A stretch of DNA of 64,000 nt from Eubacteriales bacterium (GTDB lineage: Bacteria > Bacillota > Clostridia > Oscillospirales > CAG-272), in assembly GCA_034178705.1 (NCBI GenBank), contig JAXFQY010000104.1, forward strand, positions 16,379 to 80,378, read 5' to 3'. The notes below the pieces were generated by a model. It did not search any database. It worked only from the letters and a program-made list of their open reading frames with translations, and was not told where the DNA came from. Both the position numbers and the translations under genes were made by a program. Shown piece by piece: positions 55,924 through 64,000 of this stretch. The stretch's first letter is position 1. Every line of letters begins with the position of its first letter.

Positions 55924-56862
55924 ATGGAAAAACTGTTTTTGACGGTTGGAAACGCGGAAATTGATCTCACCTGCCGTCTGTCGAAGATTCCGCTTGTGCA
56001 TGAAACAACGGTAGAAACCGGTAATCGGGAGCTTTCCCCCGGCGGAGACGGTCTGCTTACTGCGTGTGCCCTTGCCGCACTGGGCTCGGGGGCGCGCCTC
56101 TGTGCACCGATCGGACGGGATCGGTACGGGGAGCTGCTTACCCGTTTTTGCCGTGAGCGGGGAATCGGAACCGAATATCTGATTCCGTATGCGGATGAAG
56201 AGACTGCCTTCCGCCTCCGCCTTACCGAGTCGAGCGGAGTGAGCCGTGCAGCGTTTTATCCCGGGGCGTTCTCTTCGTTCAAAGCGCCTTATGTGGAGGA
56301 TGCCTTCCGTTGCCGCCCGGATGCGGTCTGCGCTTCCCTGGATCTGACGGCGGAGCTTATTGCCCGGATCAGCGATGAGGCGGATGAGCAGGATGTTCCG
56401 CTGTTCCTGGATGCTGCGGATGCGCCTTCCGCCTATCCCCTTGACCGGATCGGAACCTGCGAGTTTTTCAGTGCCAGTGCAGAGGAAGTCTACCGATTTA
56501 CCAAGATTCTTCCCGATTCCATGGACAGCTGTCTCAAGGCTTCGGTGCGGCTTGCCGGACTTGTGAACGCGCGGTACTATGCGATTCGCCTGAAGGAGAG
56601 GGGCGTTTTCCTTTACGACGGAAAATACTTCAGCCTGATTGTTCCGCAGCGGCAGGACGACTTCGATTCTCCGGCTGCACGACAGGTTTTTCTTGCCGCT
56701 GTGGCATATGCGTATCTGACCGAGCGGGAAATTGAAACGGCATGCCGTTATGCTGCCGTGGCCGTGGCCGTTTCTGCCCTGAAAACGGAGGGACCTGCTG
56801 CCGAGCGGATTCCGACCCGTGCGGAAATAACGGCATACTGTGAAAAGTATCACATCGGCTGA
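55924..56862 (+). CDS. PfkB-family carbohydrate kinase (ribokinase-like)
   Basis: SPGGDGLLTACALAALG resembles the ribokinase GG motif region. ATG 55924 follows GGAGGAAAAACGG. Confidence 0.8.
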   Translation: MEKLFLTVGNAEIDLTCRLSKIPLVHETTVETGNRELSPGGDGLLTACALAALGSGARLCAPIGRDRYGELLTRFCRERGIGTEYLIPYADEETAFRLRLTESSGVSRAAFYPGAFSSFKAPYVEDAFRCRPDAVCASLDLTAELIARISDEADEQDVPLFLDAADAPSAYPLDRIGTCEFFSASAEEVYRFTKILPDSMDSCLKASVRLAGLVNARYYAIRLKERGVFLYDGKYFSLIVPQRQDDFDSPAARQVFLAAVAYAYLTEREIETACRYAAVAVAVSALKTEGPAAERIPTRAEITAYCEKYHIG

Positions 56863-56880
56863 GCCGGAAGGGAGTCCTTT

Positions 56881-57816
56881 ATGAGCTGTACTCTTCAAAC
56901 CGGCTTTTTCCCTTCAAGCGACGGAAAAAGCCAGTCTTTCTATCAGATCTGGGTCCCTGAGCAAGCCCCGCGCGCTATCGTCCTTTTGTCGCACGGGATG
57001 TGCGAATATGTGGGTCGCTATGCCGACTTCGCCGAATATCTCGGTTCGCGCGGCTTTGTTCTTTGCGGTGCGGATCATATCGGCCATGGAAAAACGGCGC
57101 GAAACACCGCAGAGCTCGGTTATATCCCTAAAAACGGCGGCAGGGGTTTTCTGCGTGAGGATTTACACAGCATGGAAAAGCTCGCGCGCAAAACCTTCCC
57201 TGGGCTTCCCGTTTTTCTGTTCGGTCACAGCATGGGGTCTTTTATTGCCCGATACTATGAGGAAAAATACGCGGAGGGGCTCTCCGGCTTTGTCATTTGC
57301 GGAACGGCGGGACCGAATCCGCTGGCAGCGGTCGGCAAAAAGGTTGCCTCTGCTACCGCGCGCATGCGCGGCGGGCATTACCGGAGCGCCGCGCTGGACA
57401 AACTGGCGTTCGGTAATTATTGCTCCCGCATCCGGGACAGCGAAAGCAGATTTGCCTGGCTCAGTCGCGATCCTGCCGTTGTCTCCCGTTATGAGCAGGA
57501 TCCTTTCTGCAATTATCTTTTTACAGCCGAGGGGTTTTATACGCTTTTTGATCTGCTTGAAACGGTTTCCCGCCGGGCGTGGTTTGAAGGGTACGACAAA
57601 AAGCTTCCGACTTTGATTATTGCGGGCAGCGCGGATCCGGTCGGTGCATACGGTGACGGTCCTGCAGAGGTTTACCGTCGGCTGGATGCGCTCGGCGTGA
57701 GGGATCTCACGCTTCGTCTCTGCCCCGGCGCACGCCACGAAATTCTGAATGAAACAGACGGGAGGGAGCACGCCGCCCTGATTGCGGACTGGCTCGACGC
57801 CCGTCTCCCGTCATGA
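56881..57816 (+). CDS. alpha/beta hydrolase (lysophospholipase / monoacylglycerol lipase-like)
   Basis: HGMCEYVGRY (HG oxyanion motif), nucleophile elbow GHSMGS, and C-terminal GARHEILNE (catalytic His). Confidence 0.85.
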   Translation: MSCTLQTGFFPSSDGKSQSFYQIWVPEQAPRAIVLLSHGMCEYVGRYADFAEYLGSRGFVLCGADHIGHGKTARNTAELGYIPKNGGRGFLREDLHSMEKLARKTFPGLPVFLFGHSMGSFIARYYEEKYAEGLSGFVICGTAGPNPLAAVGKKVASATARMRGGHYRSAALDKLAFGNYCSRIRDSESRFAWLSRDPAVVSRYEQDPFCNYLFTAEGFYTLFDLLETVSRRAWFEGYDKKLPTLIIAGSADPVGAYGDGPAEVYRRLDALGVRDLTLRLCPGARHEILNETDGREHAALIADWLDARLPS

Positions 57817-58790
57817 CGGGGATTGCGGTTGCCGGCGTTACCGCGTCCGGAAAAAGCGAGCTCGCTGTTTCTCTTGCTCTCCGGCACGGAGGCGAGGTTG
57901 TGTCCTGCGACTCCATGTTGGTTTATCGGGGATGTGATATTGGGACCGCAAAGCCGGACCGGGCGGAGATGCGCGGTGTCCCCCATCATCTGATCGATAT
58001 TCTTGACCCGTCGGAGCCGTTTTCCGCTGCGGATTTTGTCGCCGCGGCCGAGCGGGCAGAGGGGGAAATTCTTGCCCGCGGTGCACTTCCCGTGCTTTGC
58101 GGCGGAACCGGATTGTATCTTGACGCTTTTCTGCGTGGGGGATTCCGGGAGGAAAAACTCACGCCGTGCTGCGACGAGTTGCGTGCCCGGCTTGAGAGGG
58201 AAGCGGAAATGGCCGGAGCGGCGGCAATGCATGACCGCCTGCGCTCCGTAGACCCGGAATCCGCAGAGAAAATCCACCCGAACAATCTGCGCCGCGTGCT
58301 CCGTGCGCTGGAGCTGTATGAGCTGACAGGCAGGAAAAAATCCGAGCTTGACCGCGCGGCCCCGCAGCATACGGTTGTCCGGGATTATCGTGTTGTCGCT
58401 CTTCGCTTTTCGGACAAGGCCGTGCGGGATGCGGCGATTGAGTCGCGCGTCCGCCGGATGTTCGACGCGGGACTGCCCGAGGAAACCGAACGCCTGCGTT
58501 CTGCCGGAGTGTTTGACAGCTGTGCGGCCGCTGCTCAGGCGATCGGTTATAAAGAATTGTTTTTGTATCTTGACGGATTGGAGAGCCGCGAGGCTGCAAT
58601 CGCCCGTCTTGCTGCCGCAACCCGCCGATATGCCAAAAGACAGATGACATGGTACGCGGCTGTTCCGTATGTGATGTGGATCTCGGTAGATGAAAACGGA
58701 AGGCGGAAAAGTCCAGAAGCTCTGCTTGAGGAAGCGGAAAAGCTGCTGTTTACGGATCAAAAGGATGAAAAAGACAAACAGAACGGATAA
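57813..58790 (+). CDS. miaA: tRNA dimethylallyltransferase
   Basis: P-loop GVTASGKSE, SCDSMLVYRGCDIGTAKP, HHLIDIL and GGTGLY motifs. ATGA overlap with the upstream gene. Confidence 0.95.
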   Translation: MTGIAVAGVTASGKSELAVSLALRHGGEVVSCDSMLVYRGCDIGTAKPDRAEMRGVPHHLIDILDPSEPFSAADFVAAAERAEGEILARGALPVLCGGTGLYLDAFLRGGFREEKLTPCCDELRARLEREAEMAGAAAMHDRLRSVDPESAEKIHPNNLRRVLRALELYELTGRKKSELDRAAPQHTVVRDYRVVALRFSDKAVRDAAIESRVRRMFDAGLPEETERLRSAGVFDSCAAAAQAIGYKELFLYLDGLESREAAIARLAAATRRYAKRQMTWYAAVPYVMWISVDENGRRKSPEALLEEAEKLLFTDQKDEKDKQNG

Positions 58791-60147
58791 TGCGCGTCGG
58801 GATGCACCGAAAAGCGGGGAGAAAAAAAGAAAGAAACGCATTGGTGAGATTTTTGACCTTGACTATCTGCGCGGTATTCTGCTCGGCGCTGTGTCGTCGG
58901 TTTTTCTGCTCGGCGCCGTTTATTATGTATGCTGGCATGCGTCCGACGGTTTTTCGGAAAAGGTCACGGTTATGCCTGCGCTTCTTGCGAAGGCGAACGA
59001 CACGGAAGATAAAGTGGCTTATTATTTTCGCGACGAGACGCTGTTGTCCTGTGAATATACCGGTGCCGTTGATCCGGAGTTTTCCGACGGAGAACGTGTC
59101 GGTGCCGGCGAATTGCTCCTGACGGCCTATCGGGATCCGGGCAGCGCATCGGTTACGGCGTCTTTGCGTGCGCTGGACGCTCAGATTGCGGTTCTTGAAG
59201 CGTCCGAAATCGGGGAAAAGGTTTCCCTGACCTATACCAAAACGCTGGAAAGCCAAATAACCTCCTCCCTTGTTTCACTTCGTTCCCGGCTTGCTTCCGG
59301 GGATTTCGGGGGCGCACTTGGCTATACCGATCAGCTTTTGGTGCTGCTCAATCGCAGGGAACTCGTTTTCGGTTCCCGCACCGACTATCATGAGGAGCTT
59401 TCCGCTTTGCGGGCGGAGCGTGCGCGCCTGGAAGCTTCCCTCACAGGAGAGTACAAGAAACTCTACGCACCTGCTGCGGGTTATTTCTATCTTTCCTGTG
59501 ATGGCGCGGAGGAGGTCTTTTCCGAAGCGGCGCTGGAAGGGCTGACCCCATCCGGGCTGGACGAGCTGGCCGAACGGCTTTCCGCCCTGCGGACGGAAAA
59601 AACACAGGCAACAGCAAAGCTTGCTCCGGGGAGAAAGTGGTATCTTGCTTTTACCGTTGATGCCTCTGCACTGACCGACTACAAGGTAGGAGAATACCGC
59701 GACGTCATTTTCTCGGATTACGGGGACTATACCCTTTCCATGAAGCTGGAACAGTCGGTCGCTGAGGGAGAGCGCGGGCTTCTTGTCTATTCCTCCGAGA
59801 TGCTTCCCGCCGAGCTGGAGCGGGAGCGTACCTATGGCATTTCTCTTGTCCGTCACTCCTATACGGGATTGCGGGTGCCTGTCAGTGCGATCCGTTATCT
59901 GGACGGCTATACCGGTGTTTATGCACGGTTCGGAAATACGGTTTTGTTCCGTGTTGCCGATGTGCTCGGCGTTGTGAACGGCTACGCCTATGTCGATGAA
60001 AACACCGAACCGATTTATGAGCTGACCGAGGAAACGGATGAGAACGGCGAACCGGTTCGCGGAGCAATCCGGTATGGCGCGCTCGGTCTTTATGATCAGG
60101 TTATTGTTTCCGGGACCGGAATGTATCATGGCCTGATCATCGACTGA
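58765..60147 (+). CDS. HlyD/membrane-fusion-like protein (N-terminal anchor, coiled coil, beta domains)
   Basis: Basic N-terminus plus one TM. Central heptad-rich region (LRALDAQIAVLE...LSALRAERARLEA). Start taken at MKKTNR (58765), inside the miaA 3' end. Confidence 0.65.
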   Translation: MKKTNRTDNARRDAPKSGEKKRKKRIGEIFDLDYLRGILLGAVSSVFLLGAVYYVCWHASDGFSEKVTVMPALLAKANDTEDKVAYYFRDETLLSCEYTGAVDPEFSDGERVGAGELLLTAYRDPGSASVTASLRALDAQIAVLEASEIGEKVSLTYTKTLESQITSSLVSLRSRLASGDFGGALGYTDQLLVLLNRRELVFGSRTDYHEELSALRAERARLEASLTGEYKKLYAPAAGYFYLSCDGAEEVFSEAALEGLTPSGLDELAERLSALRTEKTQATAKLAPGRKWYLAFTVDASALTDYKVGEYRDVIFSDYGDYTLSMKLEQSVAEGERGLLVYSSEMLPAELERERTYGISLVRHSYTGLRVPVSAIRYLDGYTGVYARFGNTVLFRVADVLGVVNGYAYVDENTEPIYELTEETDENGEPVRGAIRYGALGLYDQVIVSGTGMYHGLIID

Positions 60148-60182
60148 CTCCCCTTTCCTTTATTGATTTTCACGGAGCTGTT

Positions 60183-60914
60183 ATGGAAAACACTGAAAAA
60201 ACGGATTACTCCTATATCGGACATCGGATAACGGAGGTCCGGCGGCGTCTTGCCGCCGCAGCGGAGCATTCCCCATGCGGGCAGGTTCCGGAGTTGCTGC
60301 TTGCCTCCAAATATGCAACGGCGGAGGAAATGAACTATGCGGCGCACTGCTGCGGCGTACATCTGTTCGGGGAGAACCGTGTATCCGCTTTGCTTGAAAA
60401 ATATGAGCGGCTTGACCGGAATGAAATGGAGCTTCACTTTATCGGTTCCCTGCAGACCAATAAGGTCAAAAGCATTATCGGGAAGGTGGCACTGATCCAT
60501 TCGCTGGATTCGCTTCATCTTGCCGATACGATTGAACGCTGTTCTGCTGCGGCGGGAGTGCGTACAGGGGTGCTCTGCGAGGTGAATATCGGCAGAGAGC
60601 CGCAAAAGGGCGGCTTACTGCCCGAAGAGCTTGCGCCGTTTCTCGACCGGATTTTTGCTTATCCGCATCTTGAATGCCGCGGATTGATGACGATGGCGCC
60701 AAACTGCGCCCGGATCGAAGATTACAGGAAATTTTTCAGGGAAACTTATCGTATTTTTATTGACATTTTCTCAAAAAAACTTCATAATATAGATAGTTAT
60801 GCAAAATCGCCGATTCTTTCAATGGGAATGAGCGAAAGCTATGAGATTGCCGCTGAGGAAGGGGCCACTCTTGTCCGCGTCGGCAGGGCGGTTTTCCGGA
60901 GTAAGGAAGAATAA
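60183..60914 (+). CDS. ylmE: YggS/YlmE-family pyridoxal-phosphate homeostasis protein
   Basis: LLLASKYAT (PLP lysine), FGENRV, HFIGSLQTNKVK, MGMSESYEIA and VRVG motifs. Confidence 0.93.
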   Translation: MENTEKTDYSYIGHRITEVRRRLAAAAEHSPCGQVPELLLASKYATAEEMNYAAHCCGVHLFGENRVSALLEKYERLDRNEMELHFIGSLQTNKVKSIIGKVALIHSLDSLHLADTIERCSAAAGVRTGVLCEVNIGREPQKGGLLPEELAPFLDRIFAYPHLECRGLMTMAPNCARIEDYRKFFRETYRIFIDIFSKKLHNIDSYAKSPILSMGMSESYEIAAEEGATLVRVGRAVFRSKEE

Positions 60915-60943
60915 AATAATTAAACATAAATCGGAGGTTTACC

Positions 60944-61411
60944 ATGGGATTCAAGGATCTGTTCAAAAGCTACAGAGAGGACGATAACTACGATCAGGAC
61001 GGCTACTCTGACGAGTACGGCAACGGCTACAATCAGGAAAACGAGGAAGAAGCCGCACCCGAGACGGACGAGTACGCTCCGGAGCCTGCGCAGAGCCCGG
61101 TCAATATTTCCGGAAATGCCATTGAACTTCGTGTTGTGCGCCCGGAAAGCTTCAAAAATGTTGACCAGATTGCGGATCACCTTCTGAGCCGCCGCACGGT
61201 CGTTCTGAATCTTGAGACGGCAGGCAAGGATACCGCAAAGCGCCTGATTGATTTTCTTTCCGGCGTTGCATACGCGATCAAGGGGGATATCCGCAAGGTG
61301 TCCAACAACACCTATGTTATCACCCCCGGCAATGTCACCGTATCCGGAGATGCGCTGGGTGAGGCTGTGGCCGCTGACACAGACGCTTCTGCCGAGAGCG
61401 GCAGAAACTGA
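60944..61411 (+). CDS. sepF: cell division protein SepF
   Basis: N-terminal amphipathic MGFKDLFKSY. C-terminal core VVRPESFKNVDQIADHLLSRRTVVLNLE...AKRLIDFLSGVAYAIKGDIRKVSNNTYVITP. Confidence 0.93.
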   Translation: MGFKDLFKSYREDDNYDQDGYSDEYGNGYNQENEEEAAPETDEYAPEPAQSPVNISGNAIELRVVRPESFKNVDQIADHLLSRRTVVLNLETAGKDTAKRLIDFLSGVAYAIKGDIRKVSNNTYVITPGNVTVSGDALGEAVAADTDASAESGRN

Positions 61412-61505
61412 GGACAAACGGTATGCCGCGCTGCCCGTGATCTGGGGACTACGGGCAGCGCGGCTTTCGTAAAGGCGGCAGCGCCGCCGGAATTCGGATG
61501 GGAAT

Positions 61506-61763
61506 ATGTTAAAAATCCTGAATGCGACGGTTGAATGCGTGCTCGGCGCCGTTTTGCTGCTTTTTTTGGCACGGTCCGTGATGTCTCTTTTCGGAATCAC
61601 CGAGGAGAACCGGTTTTACGCCTTCTGTGAACTGGTGACGGAGTTTTTTGTCGGACCGGTGCGCGGTATTTTTGACCGTTTCGGATGGGGAAACGGCAGT
61701 ATCATAGATCTGCCGTATATGGCAACGATGATGATTCTGGCGGTTCTTTCCGCCTTGATTTAA
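61506..61763 (+). CDS. ylmG: YggT/YlmG-family membrane protein
   Basis: 85 aa with two TM helices, in the conserved position between sepF and ylmH. Confidence 0.85.
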   Translation: MLKILNATVECVLGAVLLLFLARSVMSLFGITEENRFYAFCELVTEFFVGPVRGIFDRFGWGNGSIIDLPYMATMMILAVLSALI

Positions 61764-61766
61764 CGA

Positions 61767-62576
61767 ATGATAAAGAAGAATGAATGCGGCGGAACGTTTC
61801 TGGAAGCGCGGGCGGCAGATCTGACCCGTCGGGCTGCCAATGGAATTCCGGTGTGCTGGGATTTTCTTTCGCCTGCGGATCAGCAGACATTGGTGCGTGC
61901 CGTGAATGCATTGGGCGAGCATGACCGGCTTCTGCTTTGGGGCGGTTATGCGGATGCGGAGCGTAAGAAAGCATTTTTCCTGCCGGATCATCTGATGCCC
62001 GTACCCGGAGATGAGGAGTTGCCGGAACTGATCGAAGCTGCCTTTGGAAACCCGCTTGCCGCGCTGGAGCTTTCGGGCAGCGGCTATCGGGAGCTTACCA
62101 ACCGGGATTGGCTCGGTGCTGTGCTGAATCTCGGGCTTGAGCGGGCAGCACTGGGAGATCTACGGACTGCCGATGCAGAGACAGCGTTTCTTATCTGTGA
62201 ACGCCCGGCGGCTCAGCTCCTTCTTTCCGAGCTTGAGCGGGTCGGAAGGGATGCCGTGCGTGTCCGGGAGATCGGTTTTTCTGAGTTGTGGGAGCGGTTG
62301 CCCGCCAGAGAATTTCTTCCGGTGTCGGATACGGTCCCTGCCGCCCGGTTGGATGCTGTTGTTGGGGCATTATGTCGGATTGCACGGGAAAAGGCAAAGC
62401 TTCTTGTCCTTTCCGGCGCCGTGCAGAGAATGGGAGAACCCCTGCAGAAGCCGGATGCAGAGGTTGCGGAAGGAGATATCCTCTCGGTACGCGGATACGG
62501 GAAATTCCGTATCCTCTCCGTTTCCGAAAAAAACAAGAAGGGCAGGCTTCGTCTGTCCGCTGAAAAATATGTATGA
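61767..62576 (+). CDS. ylmH: YlmH-family S4-domain RNA-binding protein
   Basis: C-terminal S4 motif RLDAVVGALCRIAREKAKLLVLSGAVQ.MGEP. Conserved position before divIVA. Confidence 0.88.
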   Translation: MIKKNECGGTFLEARAADLTRRAANGIPVCWDFLSPADQQTLVRAVNALGEHDRLLLWGGYADAERKKAFFLPDHLMPVPGDEELPELIEAAFGNPLAALELSGSGYRELTNRDWLGAVLNLGLERAALGDLRTADAETAFLICERPAAQLLLSELERVGRDAVRVREIGFSELWERLPAREFLPVSDTVPAARLDAVVGALCRIAREKAKLLVLSGAVQRMGEPLQKPDAEVAEGDILSVRGYGKFRILSVSEKNKKGRLRLSAEKYV

Positions 62577-62602
62577 CCGCTGCAGGTCGGTTGGGGGGAG
62601 TT

Positions 62603-63460
62603 ATGAATCTTTCTGAAGAGATCCGAAATAAAGAGTTTTCCGTGTCCCTGCGCGGTTATAACATTACCGAGGTTGAGGACTACATTGAGCTTCTCCTCGA
62701 AAAATACGATGAATTATATGCCGAAAACGCAAAGCTTGCGGATCGGCTTGCCGATCTTTCCGGAAAGTACGAGGCGGCCCTCGCCGCGCAGAGAAACAAC
62801 CAAGGAGCAAGCGGATCTTTGGACGCGGCAATTGCTCAGAAGAAAAGGGAATATCATGCTCTCTGTGAGAAGACCGAGAGCTTCAAGAAGGAAATTTTTG
62901 CACTTTACCGGGATCATATCCAAAGCCTTGCGTCAATCGATACTTCCGCCGAAGATAAGTCCGGAGCAACTCGCGGGCAGGAGCGCTTTCCGGTGACGGG
63001 GGCGCGGTCGGAGAGCAAAAAACAGGATCAAAGGAAAAACGCAGAAGCCTCCGTCCCTGATTCCGTGAAAAAGCAGGAACCGAGCGTATCCGCACCGACC
63101 CGTGTTCTGCCCTCTTTGGACGAAGTCCGGCAGGAAAGACCCCCTGAAAAAACGATTGATCTCAGCACTCTGCGGACGGGTTCCGATTGCGGCGGAACGG
63201 AGCGCACAAAGACGGAGCGGGCTCAGACCGAAGAGCTTCCCGGAGTGCCTTCGGATGCGGAGAAGACGGTAAAAACGGCGGATTTTTCCCCCCCGGAGCG
63301 GGCCGACACCCGTGTCCTGACCTCCGGATTGAAGATAACGCGGGAGCCGGTCGGAAGTGCCGCAGCATCCGGCCATGGGTTTTCCGAACTGAGGGAGCGT
63401 CTCAGAAAAGCAAATGCCGACGTGGATGCGCCGGCAGTCAACAGGAAAAAATACCTCTGA
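62603..63460 (+). CDS. divIVA: DivIVA-domain protein
   Basis: N-terminal DivIVA lipid-binding and coiled-coil motif IRNKEFSVSLRGYNITEVEDYIELL, then a long low-complexity tail. ATG 62603 follows GGGGGGAG. Confidence 0.9.
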   Translation: MNLSEEIRNKEFSVSLRGYNITEVEDYIELLLEKYDELYAENAKLADRLADLSGKYEAALAAQRNNQGASGSLDAAIAQKKREYHALCEKTESFKKEIFALYRDHIQSLASIDTSAEDKSGATRGQERFPVTGARSESKKQDQRKNAEASVPDSVKKQEPSVSAPTRVLPSLDEVRQERPPEKTIDLSTLRTGSDCGGTERTKTERAQTEELPGVPSDAEKTVKTADFSPPERADTRVLTSGLKITREPVGSAAASGHGFSELRERLRKANADVDAPAVNRKKYL

Positions 63461-63479
63461 TCAAGACAGGAGCAATAAA

Positions 63480-64000
63480 ATGGCAGCAGATTATACCAAC
63501 ACTTTGAATTTACCGAAAACTGAATTCCCGATGAGGGCAAGCCTTCCGCAGAGGGAGCCGGAGATGCTCCGTGCAAATGAGGAGATGGACCTTTACGGCA
63601 AGCTGATCGAAAAGAACGCGGACAGGGAGTCCTTTATTCTCCATGACGGGCCCCCCTTTTCCAACGGTTACATCCATATGGGTACCGCGCTGAATAAGAT
63701 CCTGAAGGACTTCATCATCAAATATAAGTCGATGACCGGCTACTGTACACCGTATATCCCCGGTTGGGATAACCATGGTATGCCGATTGAGAGCGCCATT
63801 ATCAAGAAAAACAAGCTGGATCGCAAAAAGATGACGATCCCGGAATTCCGGGATGCCTGCCACCGTTTTGCACAGGATTTTGTTGATATTCAGCGGGCGG
63901 ATTTCAAGCGTCTCGGCGTTGTTGCCGATTGGGAGCATCCCTATCTGACGATGTCTCCTGAAATGGAGGCGGAAGAGGTTCTCGTCTTCGGCAAAATGTA
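63480..64000 (+). CDS. ileS: isoleucine--tRNA ligase, N-terminal part (runs off the right edge)
   Basis: Absent from the ORF track. Translation from ATG 63480 reads MAADYTNTLNLPKTEFPMRASLPQREPEML...ILHDGPPFSNGYIHMGTALNKILKDFI (HIGH motif region). RBS AGGAG. Confidence 0.95.
   Translation, partial: MAADYTNTLNLPKTEFPMRASLPQREPEMLRANEEMDLYGKLIEKNADRESFILHDGPPFSNGYIHMGTALNKILKDFIIKYKSMTGYCTPYIPGWDNHGMPIESAIIKKNKLDRKKMTIPEFRDACHRFAQDFVDIQRADFKRLGVVADWEHPYLTMSPEMEAEEVLVFGKM

Noticed and set aside
55657-58841. 413-aa (55657-56898) and 389-aa (57672-58841) minus-strand ORFs
   Set aside because: They are antisense to the PfkB kinase, the lipase and miaA. Their composition is Arg-rich and they have no motifs.
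1-64000. Scan for CRISPR arrays, IS or transposase genes, integrases, phage genes, rRNA, and known defence genes
   Set aside because: I recognised none. There are no regularly spaced short repeats and no recombinase or RT motifs. The window reads as conserved core chromosome.

Overview
This window looks like core chromosome of a fairly high-GC, spore-forming Firmicute, probably Clostridia. The lineage guess rests on spoIIE, a Spo0A-box-like site, SigA-type TTGACA/TATAAT promoters, and T-box, SAM-I and FMN leaders.

I can support about 57 protein genes, one tRNA-Lys(UUU), three cis-regulatory RNAs and several intrinsic terminators. The regulatory RNAs are a SAM-I riboswitch before metK, an FMN riboswitch before ribU, and a Thr-type T-box. 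I found no rRNA, CRISPR array, transposase, integrase or prophage genes.

Left to right, the recognisable content is:
- uvrBA
- a GH127-like glycosidase
- an XRE-maf-ImmA cassette
- AraC, then a DD-carboxypeptidase
- a lipoprotein, an ABC-2 exporter and a 640-aa unknown protein
- pepD, MATE, mreB, recD2 and metK on the minus strand
- two tandem alpha/beta-hydrolase paralogues plus VanY
- an orphan ParB-like gene, rbfA and the tRNA-Lys
- a heterodimeric ABC exporter
- SGNH esterase and BNR-propeller lipoproteins
- a LytTR regulator with a membrane partner, then TldD/PmbA
- AraC and ribU, then spoIIE
- pfkA, pncC and glyA on the minus strand
- a MinD-like gene with a degenerate MGS-like gene
- T-box, DUF362 and thrS
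- a small Cys-rich membrane protein
- PfkB kinase, lipase, miaA and a HlyD-like gene
- the distal division cluster ylmE-sepF-ylmG-ylmH-divIVA-ileS

Nothing here looks like a classical defence or mobile island. The observations I would look at first are unusual gene couplings rather than new protein folds:
1. XRE, Maf and ImmA fused into one translationally coupled cassette.
2. A receiver-less LytTR system directly upstream of TldD/PmbA, behind a 633-nt gene-free tract carrying LytTR-style direct repeats.
3. A Thr T-box that controls a DUF362 Fe-S protein ahead of thrS.
4. A catalytically degenerate methylglyoxal-synthase homologue next to an orphan MinD-like ATPase.
5. A stand-alone Cys-rich membrane mini-protein.

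All family assignments come from motif recognition by eye. No database search or computation was run.
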